Notes: generated from the letters alone by a model not told the origin. DNA of 64,000 nt from Lingula anatina (GCA_051362555.1 CM120646.1:2480001-2544000), one strand, 5' to 3'. Shown: positions 14,976 to 29,300, numbered from the stretch's first letter. Made by a program: numbers and translations.

Positions 14976-15601
14976 CTTCAAGTGGAATAGATTTTTCGTT
15001 GTATCTTGTTTAACAAGGATAAAAAATCATTCTAAAGAGATTGCACAGGTTTTCTACCTATCAGTAACTTCAACTGGCCCTTCAATCAGCCTGCAACCTT
15101 TTTTTTTTTTTTTTGTCCTTGAAGGATCATGGGTAAAGCAGGAATGTGGAAGAGGCAATCCACTTTAAATGTCCTCATACCTAAACCACAAACAGGGCCT
15201 GCAACTTGTTCCCCAATTTTACTATCAGGTCACATCAAGGAGTTAGACGTGATGAAGTCTAACTCATGTCTTAAAGGTAGAAAAATGGTTGTTTAATCTC
15301 TCAAAAATGACACTTTTTTAATCATACTTAACATTATAAAACAATTTTTATATAACAAGGTTATGAAACCAGCAAATTAGTATAGATTTGGTACATTAAA
15401 AATAAACAAATAAAATAAAAACACCAAAAATAATATAAGGATTAACCAAACAGAAGATATTCAAAATTGAAAGCAGGTCTGCTTGAAAAGAAAGGCTTGT
15501 CTATTCTTGTCAATCATCTACTTCACTGCTTTTATATTTAACCACATTAATTAAACACAAGGCTACCACCATTTCCATAGAAGTATATTGACAAGTATCC
15601 A

Positions 15602-15673
15602 TGAATCTATCTATTATTTATATTGCTGTATACATATCCATGTATACAGCAATATAAATAATAGATAGATTCA
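15602..15673. repeat. Perfect 34-bp-arm inverted repeat (hairpin with 4-nt loop)
   Basis: TGAATCTATCTATTATTTATATTGCTGTATACAT-atcc-ATGTATACAGCAATATAAATAATAGATAGATTCA. Confidence 0.9.
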
Positions 15674-17382
15674 CACATATTGACCCATTTCACACCTTTT
15701 GTGTTAGAACAAAAACAGACCATATATTGACTCTGCTACTGTCATCAAGCCAGCTAGCCCAGTAATATTCCATTGCCTTACTCTTTATACGGGTCATAGC
15801 GGGGAGTTATTCACTTAATATTCACAGATATTTCTCTCACTAGCTTTACACTGTCTGTGCATATTTTTATACTGTCCAGCGAGACATTTTGCACAAAAAA
15901 AGACCCTGCTGAATTTAAGTTGGACCCCTACCAAGACTATCTAATACCATGTAAAAGTACCTTTGTGAAAAGAGGTTGAGCCAAGCTTTGAAATACTCCA
16001 AAACTGACCCATATCCCAATATCTCACAGCAAAGATACTGTTACTCATTCAATATTCACAGACTACATTTTATCCCTAATGAAAATGACTAAAATACCTG
16101 GTAAAATGACATTTTAATGGCATGAAAAAGGATGAAATTGCCAATTAAAAATACTTGATTTTCTCAACTACAGTGAATGAACTGTCCATTTCACTGCCTG
16201 ATACTAAGTCAGACCAATGTTAACAAGCCACACATGCGCAACTCCCTAAATTAGTGGTGCAAGAACAAGTAAGTCACCAAAAAATATTATACTTTTTCTC
16301 GGCATAAAATAACAAGGGTTCCTAATACATATACACTGAAAATAAGTACTTTATGATGAAAACACTTTACAGCTATTCTACTTTCTAAGTACATCTGCAT
16401 GACACTTTTCAGTTTACTTACTGAATATAACAACCTTCACATCTGTCACCATCCTCTTTTTATGTAACAAACTTGTATCAACAACAACAAAAATTGACTT
16501 ACTGATAGTACTCTCACCATAATACCATTATGAAGTATAGGTATGTATATGCTTATACTCTCTATTATCTAAAATGCCCATGTGGATTGTGCCTGAGCAT
16601 ACACTATTACCATCTATATATGTAATCTTTTTAAAAATATTTATTCACCCAGCTAAAGTAAGATTCAGACAAATTCAATAAAGGGTTCAAAACAATGGCA
16701 AAAATATATACTATATGCTCCCCTTTCTTTACCTGAGCAAATTTTTGGCGAGTTATTTTCTGGGGTACTAGACAATTTAAAGCAAAGTCCACTAAGCCCT
16801 CTCTATAAAATTTAACCAGGTAACCAAGCTTCATTACACTGTATCCTTCTGACCAAAATCAAATGGTTAAACTGTTACTTCATCCATGGAAAATTCAAAT
16901 TCAAATTCAATATTTAACTCAAAACAATGACAAAAATATATTCCTCTCTGTTTTTCCTTAAAGGCATAATAACTCTTTGTATGAGACCTATATTTCACAA
17001 TAAAAACCTTGTGAATAACTAATAGAAATATAATATATTCTGTTTTACCACAAAAACAGCAGTTATAGCTTTTATTCTGATATTTGAACTTGTCTTTAGA
17101 CCACGCGACCTCCATTGATGTCTATACGTTGTTAAAATCTCTTAAGAGATTTTAACAAAAAACCAAACTTTTTAGAAAAAAACCAGGGACTAACTTTGAA
17201 TGTAAAAATGGATTCATTAACCATTGGTAAGTATGGGAAAATTGTTGTTTACTCCAGGAAAATTCATTTTTTGGCCGAAACGAAGAGTTATTATTGCTTT
17301 AAGTAATAAATTTTTGGTTTAAGAGACTTTGTAGTGAAGTCCACTCTCAATACTACATCCTTCCGACCTAACTACAATAATA

Positions 17383-18929
17383 TTATTCCTTTGTCCATGG
17401 AATTTCTTGGCCATCTACTATCAGACTGTGGATTATTCCCTCTCTTTTCTTCCCACTGCTCACTGCCTTCACGTAACAACTGTGCTCCCCAATGGCAAAG
17501 TGTGTCTCTGTTCCATCATCTGTAAATTCCCCCTATGAAATAAAATATTTACTATCATTGTTCTTATTTTATTCTATTTTGGTTTCTTCTATATCCATCA
17601 ATGTACATACGGCATCCTTTCACCAAGACAGAATCTCAGTTTTTTTAGCAGTTGAATTTTAATTTGGCAAGACTTTATAGTAGTTTGAAAAAAATAATAT
17701 GTATCGCACTTAAGTGACAATATATAGATACTTATACACCATGGGTTGCATAATAAGCTCTATTTTATATCAATATTTTCATGTTTTGAAGACGTAATAT
17801 CACCCTCTACCTATAAAGTATTTAACTCAGAAATAATATCATAAAAAAGAAAAAAATTAAAATAACCATGTGCTTCATATACCCCCCTGCTGTAGAATGT
17901 TATGAAAGGAAAAGCAAACTATACTCACAGTGGTGTCCAGTTTCTGCCCATTCACCCATATATCTAAAGTATCCTTTTCTGAAAAAAAAAAATACATAGT
18001 GAACATACCATTTTTTTTAATTTTTAGTCAGTGACATATATCAGTACAATAAAATATTCTGAGCAAAATAACACAAAAATACTATACACTTGGAAAAAAT
18101 ACCACCCCAATATTTTCCATCTCAATTTTGATATAATGATTAAAATATTTCCAACTTTCATATCAAAATTGAGATAGTAAAATAGGTCATTTTTTACGAA
18201 CCACTCTGTATATGTAATAAATATAAAACCTGTCATGGCTTTTTAATATTCTACTCAGTATTTGCCTCTAAGGAAAATTAGTTGCTGGACCAAAGGTCCA
18301 GCCATCTTGAAAAGAAGCCGGACCAAATGTCTGTCAGGTGGGAAAACTTCTCGGACCGTTCTGAAAGTTGTCTACCCTGGGCAGACGGTCCAGTGTTAAT
18401 TTCGAACACTGATTCTACTAACCTAAAACAATCCTAGTTGGGACATCATCCAAAGTCATCACCCAACAGTTCATGATTTTACTCTGATTTTCTGAGAACT
18501 TTTGTAGGCTTTTTCCGTTGACTTCGATGGTGTATTCATACATGAAACCACTGACAGCATCAATGTTTATTTTACACTTGGTCTTGCCAATTTGAAAAGT
18601 TTCTGATCCCACAAGTTTGAACATCCAGTCAGTTCTTTTTACTTCCTATAAAATGAAAAATATATCAATATCATAATGTATAACAATGAATATATTGGAA
18701 GGTGAATAATAGTTTTCTGAGTTAAGGATTTTAACATTCTGAGTTTTCTCCTCTTCATCACTTTTTAATTGACAATTTGAAAAAAAAATACTGTCAATTC
18801 TTCCAACTTCACAGTATTTACAGTAAGTTTTTAAAATAAAAAATAAGGTTTTAAATGTTGCATTTTTACCAGTGTTGAGTTATGATGTGGGGGTGCAAAA
18901 GCATACCGAGTTGTGTGTGTATGCATGCA

Positions 18930-18973
<44 letters not shown>

Positions 18974-19102
18974 GGGCCTGGTATATTCTACCTTTCCATC
19001 CAGCCATATGACCCTCTTCCCTGTCGTCGTACCATGTTCAAATTCTACCTTGTGAACTCCATCACTCAATGCCACCTCCCAAACAGCAACAAGATCTGAC
19101 AT
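17383..19102 (-). CDS. FAIM: Fas apoptotic inhibitory molecule (FAIM1), 4 coding exons, 177 aa
   Basis: Exons 19102-18992, 18645-18423, 17978-17929, 17532-17383 (534 nt). Protein MSDLVAVWEVALSDGVHKVEFEHGTTTGKRVIWLDGKEV..DWMFKLVGSETF..INIDAVSGFMYEYTIEVNGKSL..EKDTLDIWVNG..GEFTDDGTETHF..VSSGKRKEGIIHSLIVDG matches the FAIM1 family. Confidence 0.95.
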
Positions 19103-19688
19103 CCTGGGGCAGGCTGAAGACTTCAAAAGCATTTAAATTATTTTACGAAGCATATTCATTTTTAATGAAATTTTGTGGATGAACTAGAAATGGCAACCAA
19201 TTTCATTAAACACTACACATGCCTGATGTCTTATTTTTCTGAAGTCATTGCGACCGAAAAATGACTTTAAAATAACTAGATCAGGCCAAGCTTCTTCAAT
19301 ACATTTAAAGCTTGAGCCTCTTCGACAATGAACAGCGAAAGCGAACATCAAATGAGTAATAAATTTTCAATGAAATTTTGTGCAATGTAAAGAGGTCCTT
19401 TCCCTCTGGCTAAGCTGTCTGACTTTTCTGTCTTTAAGTAACGGTAAACTTTACCTTTAACTACAGATAGTTACCCACCTGTTCAGCAGTGTGTTTCTAT
19501 TATTCACCGGCCAAGATAATCAATTTTTTTGCTCTTCCAACAAATAATGATTTTGGCCTATATATTCTTATCGACCGTGCAAATAATATACAACATCCGG
19601 GAAATCTATACAAATGAAAATTACTCCACACCGATGCTGCGAGAGCAATGTGAAGGTCGGAAGTGGCTCTAATGCCTTCTGATAAAAT

Positions 19689-21156
19689 ATGCCTTGGAGA
19701 CAAATTTTGAGGCAAGTTGATAAAAAACATTTGCTTAAAATCTTAAGAACATTGGCTGTTTAATCGTCTGTATATAATACCCGCCAGTGTTTTAATGAAA
19801 CCGTTAAGAAACTAAGGAAAATGCCATGTTGTTGCCGAGATTTAAAAAGTGTCTTGGCCTTAGAAACATGTAGTTATCATTACACATTGCGTAAGATGAA
19901 AATGCATTTCCACTAAAATATTGTTAAAATTTTTGTGCTGTGTTTCGCTATCTATGCCCGGTTAGTTTTATATATCAATTTTCTTTTAATATAAAGGCAG
20001 CTACTGAATAACCCACATCTGGAACAGAAGGTGAGATATGGCTAAACCCGAACGATATTGATTTTTTTTAAAAGATAAGTTGGTTGTCTTAACAAATTAA
20101 ATCAAATATTGGTCAGAAATCAGTTTGAGTTTGTCTTATACTGAAACTAACTTGTCAGTTAAATTAATTTAATACTACATTAGAGATGCGTCACAACAAT
20201 CAAACCATTACAAGCACATTTTAAGATACTCGAAATCACTTCATTGCAATTTATCTTTGTGTTGTATTTCAAGTTGGCAGATTCATACATTATCAGGCGG
20301 GCAGCACAAATCACAGCATATTTCATGCATAGAGGGAAACAACTTAGTAAGTAAATCATGTTTTACTATATCGCTATCAATATATTAAAAACTTGTAACA
20401 TATCTTAGTAGACCTACCCCAGTTCTCTTCTGTATCAGTGCCTGAATATTTAAGCAGTATAAAACCCAAAATTTAAGCATGATAAAACAGAAAAATTATC
20501 ATAAACTGTTCTGGTTATTGGTGTTCATTATGAAGCCTTCAGCTTGTCTTTTACACTGTCCGTCACACATGAATTTTAATGCTGTGAAGTACTGTAAATG
20601 ATTCGTTATTTCTTTTTCGTGAATTTTAAGGAAAAAACCAACAAAATGAAAAAAAACAACTACATCCTCAAACATACAGTTTATAATTAATTTCATATGC
20701 AGTTTAGTCTTGAAAGTAATAGTAGTACGCTGTAGGAAGCAGTTGAGTGTTGGGTATCCAGTTTGACATCACATTTGCTTTAACCTGTACTTCTCATTTA
20801 AATCTTCTACACCATTATGCTTTAGATTTTAAAAATGTGTTTTTTTTTGTAGTGTGTTTTACATGTCATTCAAGTTTAAATGTATAAGACAATATCTGAA
20901 AGGCGCACAATAAGTATTCAAAGGTCAAACATGCAATTTTATGCCTTAAAAACCACATACTGCAAAAATAAGATTTATGCATTGAAAAGAGGATTATATG
21001 TTAAAAATGGATTGTTTTTTTTCTCTAGCTCAGGACAAGGTAGATGAACTGGCAAAAACCACCTCCAAGACAGGATCTAAACTTGACTCCTTTAAGACTA
21101 CATTTGCCAAGGAACTTAAAAGGGAATGGGACAAAGAAAAGAAAAAGCTAAAATGA
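19689..21156 (+). CDS. NCBP2AS2: NCBP2AS2 (HIAR)-like microprotein, 4 exons, 85 aa
   Basis: Exons 19689-19711 (GC donor AG/GCAAGT), 19997-20030, 20274-20346, 21029-21156 (258 nt). They give MPWRQILRQLLNNPHLEQKLADSYIIRRAAQITAYFMHRGKQLTQDKVDELAKTTSKTGSKLDSFKTTFAKELKREWDKEKKKLK*. LLNNPHL..KLADS..IRRAAQITA resembles the conserved NCBP2AS2 N-terminus ([25 protein letters not shown], from memory). Confidence 0.85.
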
Positions 21157-22623
21157 CAGCACTAGACTTGGACCGCCTGAATTATTTACACATTATTCAG
21201 TATTTATACAACACTTGTAAAATTATATTGAGCTTATGATATCCATCTTTAATATAGATTTATAAATATATCAGCCTGACGGCATTGGCTCTGTATTTAA
21301 GTAATGGCAACTGTAAGATTTGGCTGGCTTGTAAAGAAAGGAATCCAATACAGCAGTAGGGGAGGAAATAACCATAACAATACTTACACATTTTATCCTC
21401 ATCACTGGTTTACATGACTGATTGAATGATGACAGAGACAATATCCAATTACCAAGCTGATGAACATTTTTGCTCATTTATGTCAGAGCCTGTAGTTTTG
21501 AATTTTGTGCTGGTGCTGATGAAATGAAGCAGTTTCCCTTGGAAAGGAAAGGAAAGGGGTGGAGAGGTTTGCTTTTTACCGAAATGCACCTGATCAGGGG
21601 TCTGTACCCTTGGGTTCATATGCTAGTAAAAGCAACAGAGATGATGAATGCACAGAGGGGTGTTTTCAGTGGCCTTTTGGGTGGGGGGGAGGGGGGGGGG
21701 TCTGGCTCACTGCAATTTTTATTTTACTTTTAAACTACAGAAAACTTAGATTGTTAAAATTGTGTCATCTGTTGGGAGATAGGATCCATGACAAAATTTG
21801 GCAGTTGTACATGTAGTCCAGATAACATCGGCATAAACCCACTTTGGAATCCACGAAATAATATAATACTTGAATTATATGATACTAGAAGTTTATTTAT
21901 TTTAAATTTTTTGACATTTTTGTACCAGTTATATGTCATTAATCTACTGCAATAAATTGTTCTTTCATGAAAGTGTTTTTGGTTTTGTTGGAGTCTTTCC
22001 ATTTTCGGAACGGAACGTTACATTAGCAAGGTATTAGATAAGATATTTCTTGGTACTATAGTAACTGACATAATGACATAATGGAAAAATCTCTCAGAAT
22101 ATTCAAAGTCACCGCCATGCGCAGAATATTTAACACAATGCGCTACTAGAATTACGATCTTTGACACCCGAGATCTAGGATGAAATTTAGCCCCTTTTTT
22201 CAGGGATTCTCGCTCTTTTCTAGTTTTGTATAACGATACGTCGTTCACTGTCGTCAGCAACTCGCAAGTCCGTAATGAGGCGTAAAGTCGACAGATCTGA
22301 GTAGATGTATTTTTCTTGCTGGTTTGATTTACCTGTCGTGAACCCGGCTGTTCCGTCAAGACGCGTTTCGTTGGCTGACGTCGGCGGTGGGGAACTGGTG
22401 TGACAGGAATGAAGTCCTCTAGGAACTGTAGTCCGCTTCCCATAACTTTGTACAGGTGACACACGTTCCATATACTAACCCCAATACTCCAACTAACCCT
22501 AACCTGTACTTATCATAGGGGAGCTCGGACTTCCATTCCTATGACAACCATTTCTATCACACCTAGACGCCCGTCTACAGCATTTGTGATAGGCCACGGT
22601 GAAGACTGTAGGCTAGAATGATA

Positions 22624-24029
22624 CTAGGACATCTCCATAGGTTTAGAGGATGTGAAGACGGAATCTCTGAACGTTTCTTGTTCTACAGCTTGTGGTGAGG
22701 GTGGAGAGTTGGGGCCTTGCGGCGTGACTGACACGCCTAACTCAGACGAGGGTGGAGAAACAAGATGTTCAGACATTTGTTCTGAAAACGGCGTGGCTGA
22801 AACTTCGTACGAGTGACTAGTATTTTCTCCATTCATTGCAGCTGTCTCACTTTTGCTGATATAAGCTTCTGAAAAGAAAAACGCCATTTAAAATTATTCT
22901 TGGTTTTTTGTATGTGCTGGACATTAAATATGGAAGAATGAAGATGTACATAATTACAGCGGGCTTCACTTTTAATATTACTCAGCAACACTTTTATTAA
23001 AAACACCGCCATACTTCCGAAATGGTTTCATAATATTTAAAAAGATATGATTTGAAGAAAAACCTCTGCGCTGCATGGGTTTATTTAGTTTTATGTATAT
23101 TAATATTTGGCAGTACCCATTTGTTCCTACGATAATTATAAAAAAAAAAAAAAACATTGGAACATTTCGTGCAGAATACCAAAAGAGACCCCACCTGGTG
23201 AAACATGAGATGCTGACGATGACCGTTTATCCAGAGCACATTTTGCAGCTTGCACCATCGCACTCAGTACCAAGAAGCCAAAGATACCAGCGACCACGAT
23301 TGCTGCTATTGCGATAGGTGGGAATTCTTCTGGAGTGGGCGTGGTCGTTGGTTCGGTGGTGTCTGCAACGGAGGCACATTATATATCTTGCAGATAGATT
23401 AATGTATAGAATTGCAAACATATTTCTTTTGCTGTGCTATTCATCAATAGCATGCACAAGACGGCACATATACTCAGTGAAAAAACCTGACGGCAACATA
23501 TACGTGTAGCTAAAATCCGCCCAATTCCGTATAAATTTATTTAATCATTATCAAGTCGCGAAGAATAGAAGGAAATTTATTTGATGCTTAGTTCACTGTT
23601 CAAGTCTGTGATGTGGGTGTAGGGAGCAGCCGGTGCTGAAAGTATCTGGTTAGGGGAAAGTGAGGGCTAAATGAAAATTATTTCTTGAACGTTTTAGAAA
23701 CTACAGTAGATACACCATTAGCTAATCAAGGGCGTGTTATTATTTTGCTAACTTAATGTCTTAAAAAGGACACACATTTTGGCCCACACTAATACATAAT
23801 ATGTAAAAAAGACCTGTTTCAAAACGAAAATCCAAACTTAATCATTAATAACCATCAGCAATCCATTAAGGCCTATATTCATGCATTTGTGCAAACAGAC
23901 AGGATTTGATAACATTAGTCGCCCCGACAGTCGATTTTTATATCATGCCATGGCTATCCAGTGAGTTGCCGCCCCCCTCCCCTCCATCAATTGACTTTTG
24001 AAGACTCCCCCTACCCCCTATACACAAAC

Positions 24030-24105
<76 letters not shown>

Positions 24106-24273
24106 CCCTACCCCCCACCCCCGCTGGAGAACTTTTCTAAAAAATCAACCCCACTGTGAAATGTTTTAGGACGAGAGACCTACCCTCCACCTACTGAGCA
24201 ATATTAGCCCCCAGTGGTTGAATGACCCCTTATGTCACTTACCGTAGTCAGGCCAAGTTGACTGGAGATCCAT
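22624..24273 (-). CDS. Small single-pass membrane protein without signal peptide, 3 coding exons, 147 aa, unknown function
   Basis: Exons 24273-24243, 23362-23195, 22868-22624 (444 nt, phase-1 introns). Protein: MDLQSTWPDYDTTEPTTTPTPEEFPP-IAIAAIVVAGIFGFLVLSAMV(TM)-QAAKCALDKRSSS... followed by a Ser/Pro-rich tail. Confidence 0.7.
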
Positions 24274-24459
24274 ACGCTAGCAAGCAGCCGTCCTAGAGGT
24301 AAAATTCATACAATATTCAGTGACGAACTATTAAAAAAAGGACAGTCCTTGAAAAAATGAGTGCATAAAAAGAAGAGTAATACCTTTAAAATAACGCTTT
24401 TTATGAGAAAATAAGCTTCCAAGTTTATCCCATTTATTCTTACAGGAATTTAGATAGTG

Positions 24460-24610
24460 GGCGTCTCGATAGTCCGAAGGTGCATTGGTCCAAAAAATGG
24501 TAACATTTTCATCGTTTTTTTAATCAAGGGTTCATTGGCCTGTCCGAAGGTGAACATATGGACCAATGAACCTTCGGACTATTGAACATTCGGAATATTG
24601 CTACGGTCCC
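24460..24610. mobile_element. Degenerate MITE-like inverted-repeat element
   Basis: ATAGTCCGAAGGTGCATTGGTCC ... GGACCAATGAACCTTCGGACTAT are inverted subrepeats. Confidence 0.5.
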
Positions 24611-26396
24611 TTTAGAAATTATTTATCACCCTTAACCTTCTGATAACCGCTATGACACCGAAGACTTCTTTACTGAGGCGACCAATCCTAAATACTGTAC
24701 ATGAGCTGTTCCTTTCTACGGTTATAACCGAAAATACATATATTTACAGCCATTGCTCTTAGATCCCATACTCAAAGTGCGTGTTCAACAAGATGTCTGC
24801 TATATTTACAATATCAGCTGTCTAAGTGTGACGTGCCGCAGTACATGTTTGTACAAATCATAAAAGTTTACACAATGGAAAATTAACGTGCGCTTTGTAT
24901 TGTTTCGTATTCTAAAGGTATAGGGGCGAAATAATGGCTGAAAATACCACACTACAATGCTTGATTCGCACCTAAACATTTTCTCGAATCACAGATAGAA
25001 GCTGCTAGTCGGCCAGCATTTGGGATAACGATGTAATTAATATTAAGCTTTTGTTTTGATTGTTTGGACTATCGATATAATCAAAATTATCCTGAAATTA
25101 CTGAAAAAAAATTCATTTTCAACATACCATTAGTCATAAAATTATCAGTTTATCATTGTACAATATCACAAGTTATAAAAAGACTGTGTTTTCTAAAGAC
25201 TTTTGGGTTATTGCGAAATTTCCCAATCGATAGTGTAGGTCGGTTCACGTGTATGTTTACATTGCTATTGTCGATGTATTATTCAGGTAAACAATTCATG
25301 CTTAAGAGGATGAATAGGTGTTGTTCACGTCACTAAGCACCGCGTCAATACTCGGCGGACATTTTGGATCTGGCGGAAGTAGAATAGGTGATACTTGGGT
25401 TTTTTGGTACTGTGGAGAGTTTACACTGTCATCAAATTACGACTTGAGGTGTGAAGTCAGGGGAAAACGGAATTTGTGAAGTGACCAAGGAAGGCTGTCT
25501 TGACCGATCTCGGTACTTTTTACCAGGTATGTCATCTATGAGTAATGTGTAACGCTAGTCTAGTGACTGTGATTTTACATCAATAGTTTTAGGCTCAGAT
25601 TACCACAGCTGGTTTGAAATTTAATTCAACCACGTGGTATGTTTTACTGAAAAGGTAGCCACATTTTAAAGACAGTGACACACTAAAAAACGATTTTAAG
25701 GATGTCTAAATCACGGTCAGCATGCGAAAGGAATCCTTGATGTCCCCCTGGTGTAGAAGTTGTCCTCGGGGTCTGTTAGATATCCCAGCTTGTTGTCAAT
25801 ATGTCAATATTTGTATAGCATACGACATGCAAAGCTGATACGATATACCTAAGACGGTCGAAAATGTGACAGAGTATTTGCTACATCCATGAGAAATCAC
25901 AGGTGTTGCTATAGGCCTATTACACGTACATCACGTCAGTGAGCAAATACACACATAAAACATGTATAAGCTGGCATCATTGCAGCGCTCACAGTGTTTA
26001 TACCAACAGCTATTCTACCATACTATTATCTTACCGTACGCAAATATTCCTACAAAGTGAATTATCTCACTGTCAAATAAACGAGGAATGTTAAATATTA
26101 CATGTAGATTATGTCAAAATAATGCGATCAGAAAGTTATGATTTGGGTGTGCAACGCCAGGAAGAAGGACGCGTGGAAATGAAGAGAAATTGGTTTAAAA
26201 GTAGCTTTAAATCCGAAATTATGTACTGTTTTCTTTTTTAGGTGTGTAGAGTAAGCGTGAAGTGTTTTTCAGTCCAACTAAATACCTTTCAGTGTTTTAA
26301 AAGCTCTTTTAAGTTTTTAATCCCACGTTTTTTCTGTACATTTTATCAAGGGGATTTGATTTAAGCAAATTTTTTTAACTCCAGGTTGAAGAGGCA

Positions 26397-29300
26397 ATGG
26401 CTGCAATTTGGTGGAGAGCCTTTTCCTTATTGCTGCTGTCCGCGATAGCCGTGGAAGGTTGGTACTGGAATACCATACTGTGCTTGAAAATATAATTGGT
26501 CCAGTTGTAAACCATGACATCTTATACGGAAAATTATATTGAAAACCCGTAGAGTCTGAAAGAAACCATGTAACGTTTTATAGAAAATTATATTGAAAAA
26601 GCGTAGAGTTTGAAGAAACCATGGCATGCTACATAGAAGATTACATTAAAAACCCGTAGAGTTTGAAAGAAACCTTGTCATGAAATGTATAAAATTATAT
26701 CGAAAACCCGTATAGTTTAAATAAATAACAACATAGAAAACAGATACCAAAATTTTACCGTCTACTCAACTCACACTGAATATTAACGTCAATCTATTTC
26801 TTCCTTCACAGGCAGCACGTATTACATGGACAGCTATACAGGGTCGTGTTCTTCATACTCTTACAAGTACACATATTCCACTAGTCACACAGTGAAGGCG
26901 TGGTACCCCGGCAACAGTTACATGTCCTCTTCCTACTGCTCTCTGGTTTTCTACGCCTCCCCGTCAACAGGAAAATTGGCTTTTAGTTTTTCTTCCTTTT
27001 CTGCGACCAGCTCCATAACTCTTTCATTTTACGATGGTTCTTCCACGTTGGACACCCGGTTGGTAAGTGGAAAGACGAGTCAGATTGTGAGGTTGAACAT
27101 CGGTTTGGGTGCCAAGTTTATTGCTCTAGTCTTTTTTTTTTAATTTTCTTAATGGGACGTGAGATGTACACAGAGTACAGATTTCACCTGTATTGCATCC
27201 GACGATGATGGCTCAAGCTAACGATTGCCATTCCAAGGTACGATGTAAGCTGTGTAGGGGTCCATGTTCCACCCTACCCAGGTTCTTCTAATATTTTACT
27301 TGTCACTGATGCTTGGGAGAGGGAATATAGCCACAGACTCACATATTCGGTTCCAAGTCTAAAAGTCCCTTTATTAAGTCCAAGCATTCAGCCTTTATAC
27401 ACATTATCTCCAGAGAATCTATCTGCATGCCACAGTGGCAGAAACTCATTTAAATACTAATTGCAATGCAATAGATAACAATTGAGGGCTTCTACTTTTA
27501 AGTTACATCAGTTCTACTTATCAGGTATACCTATACAGAGGATGATAAATATTCATTCAAGACTGAAGTAAGGTGAATGATAATATGCTGACTGATTACA
27601 AGTATAAACATAATATGTAAATGAGTGATTTCATCACATGCATTTAGTGGACCTTAACATATTCCTTCTTTTCCCACAAAAAAAATTATGGTTACATAAT
27701 TTTTTGAAATAAAGATTCCACAGAATGCTCAAAGATAAAATTTAAACAGCTAAACACTTATGCAAAATATCTGTCATGATTCAATTACAAAAAAAAAAAA
27801 TCCATATATAATTGTCAAATATCATTTCTTTAACTAACAATTGTAATTTTAAAATTCAGTTCATTGTCTAATCCATTGCTGTACAAAGACGTCGTTATTC
27901 AAATGAAATTAAATTTGAATTTTCATGCTGCCAAAATATTTTGACAGAGATAAATGTCCAGTTGTAATACAGATTGTTCAAACAGCTTTCTAATGGACTG
28001 TACATTTAAAATCTCACCAGTTAAACAATTCAGTATCAGGTATATCATGAAACTATATTTTTACCTTCTATAATACATATCTTGGGAATCTCCCCACATG
28101 TTGGAAATTTACCATTTTTTAATAAAAAAAACCTGCTGTCACATATTCTTTTATAATTCAATTTAACTTTATCTGTAAACACAATTTATGTTATTAATTT
28201 CAAAATTTATGTAAGTCATGAATTATTTGGTGCAATTTTACTTAAAACATTGAAACAAGAATATCAAATACTGAGCCAAGTGTAAAATATCTATAAATCT
28301 CATTTTTCGAACCTACAGTACAGCTCTAACTGATGCATTATCCTTTAACTGAATAAAAAAAATCATATCTTAATTTGCAGTGTGGAAGAAGTGTCCATTT
28401 TAGTTTCTCTGCCATAAACTTTCTCTGCACCTTTCTGTTGTCTCTGTTAAAGTCCCATTTTACACCTGTCCATTCTTTTGTGTTCTCACAAACATTTTCT
28501 GTGTCTGAGCCTTGTTTGTCTTCATTCTCTACAACTTTAACCACCTCACCTGCACTTTGTTTCATCTCTACTTCAGTAAGTTTGTCTCTGTCTGTATCTT
28601 TAAAGTTAGAAAAGTCCATTCCCATCCGTTCGTCAGTAAGTCCTTCATGAGCATAATTTTCAAAATCTGTCACAGCCCTTTTATTTACAGCATGTTTCTC
28701 CTCAAACTGTGGGTCATCATTATCAAGTCCTTCATTAGCACTCTTCACATTATCTGTTAAAACATTATCCTCTACAGCAAGTTTCTCATCATACTTCAGT
28801 TCACCCATTTTACTCTCACTTCCAATAAATTTGTTGTCATCATCATCATCATCATCAGTTTTCAAACCTAGTTCTTGTTCTTTCTCAACATGCCTTTCAC
28901 ATTTCTCCCCTTTCTCGAAATCAGTTCCTTTTTCTTCCTCTTGATCATTTTCAATCACAATGTCCTTGCTGAGTTCATTCCCATCATTTTCTTCACCTAC
29001 AACTTGTTCCATCACAAACTCCAGCATACATTCATCTTCTTTAGCAGTACTCAATGTCTCGACTTCAGTTCCCCTCTCCATTTCTGATGGTCCATCTACT
29101 TTGCTTTGGTTTCTATCTTTAACTTCTTCCTCTGGTTTTATTTCAGACTCTGCAGAAATTTCATTATTTTGCTGGTCCAAACAGCCATATTGTCTTTGTA
29201 ACAAGTCGGCTAGCTTGGACAGGCATTCCACCAGTCTGCCATTAATGTTATAGTCCTTTTCAGAATCCCAGTCATCATCTTCATACACATACTCATCTTC

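Noticed and set aside
22018-22626. Stop-codon readthrough or extra coding ORFs (22220-22471, 22018-22464) after the TAG of the small membrane gene
   Set aside because: The TAG-TAT context is not a known readthrough signal, further stops follow within ~37 codons, and I found no convincing splice sites. Most likely 3'UTR.
28375-29253. Plus-strand ORFs inside the LTR element
   Set aside because: Ser/Phe/Leu-rich antisense shadows of the purine-rich acidic ORF.
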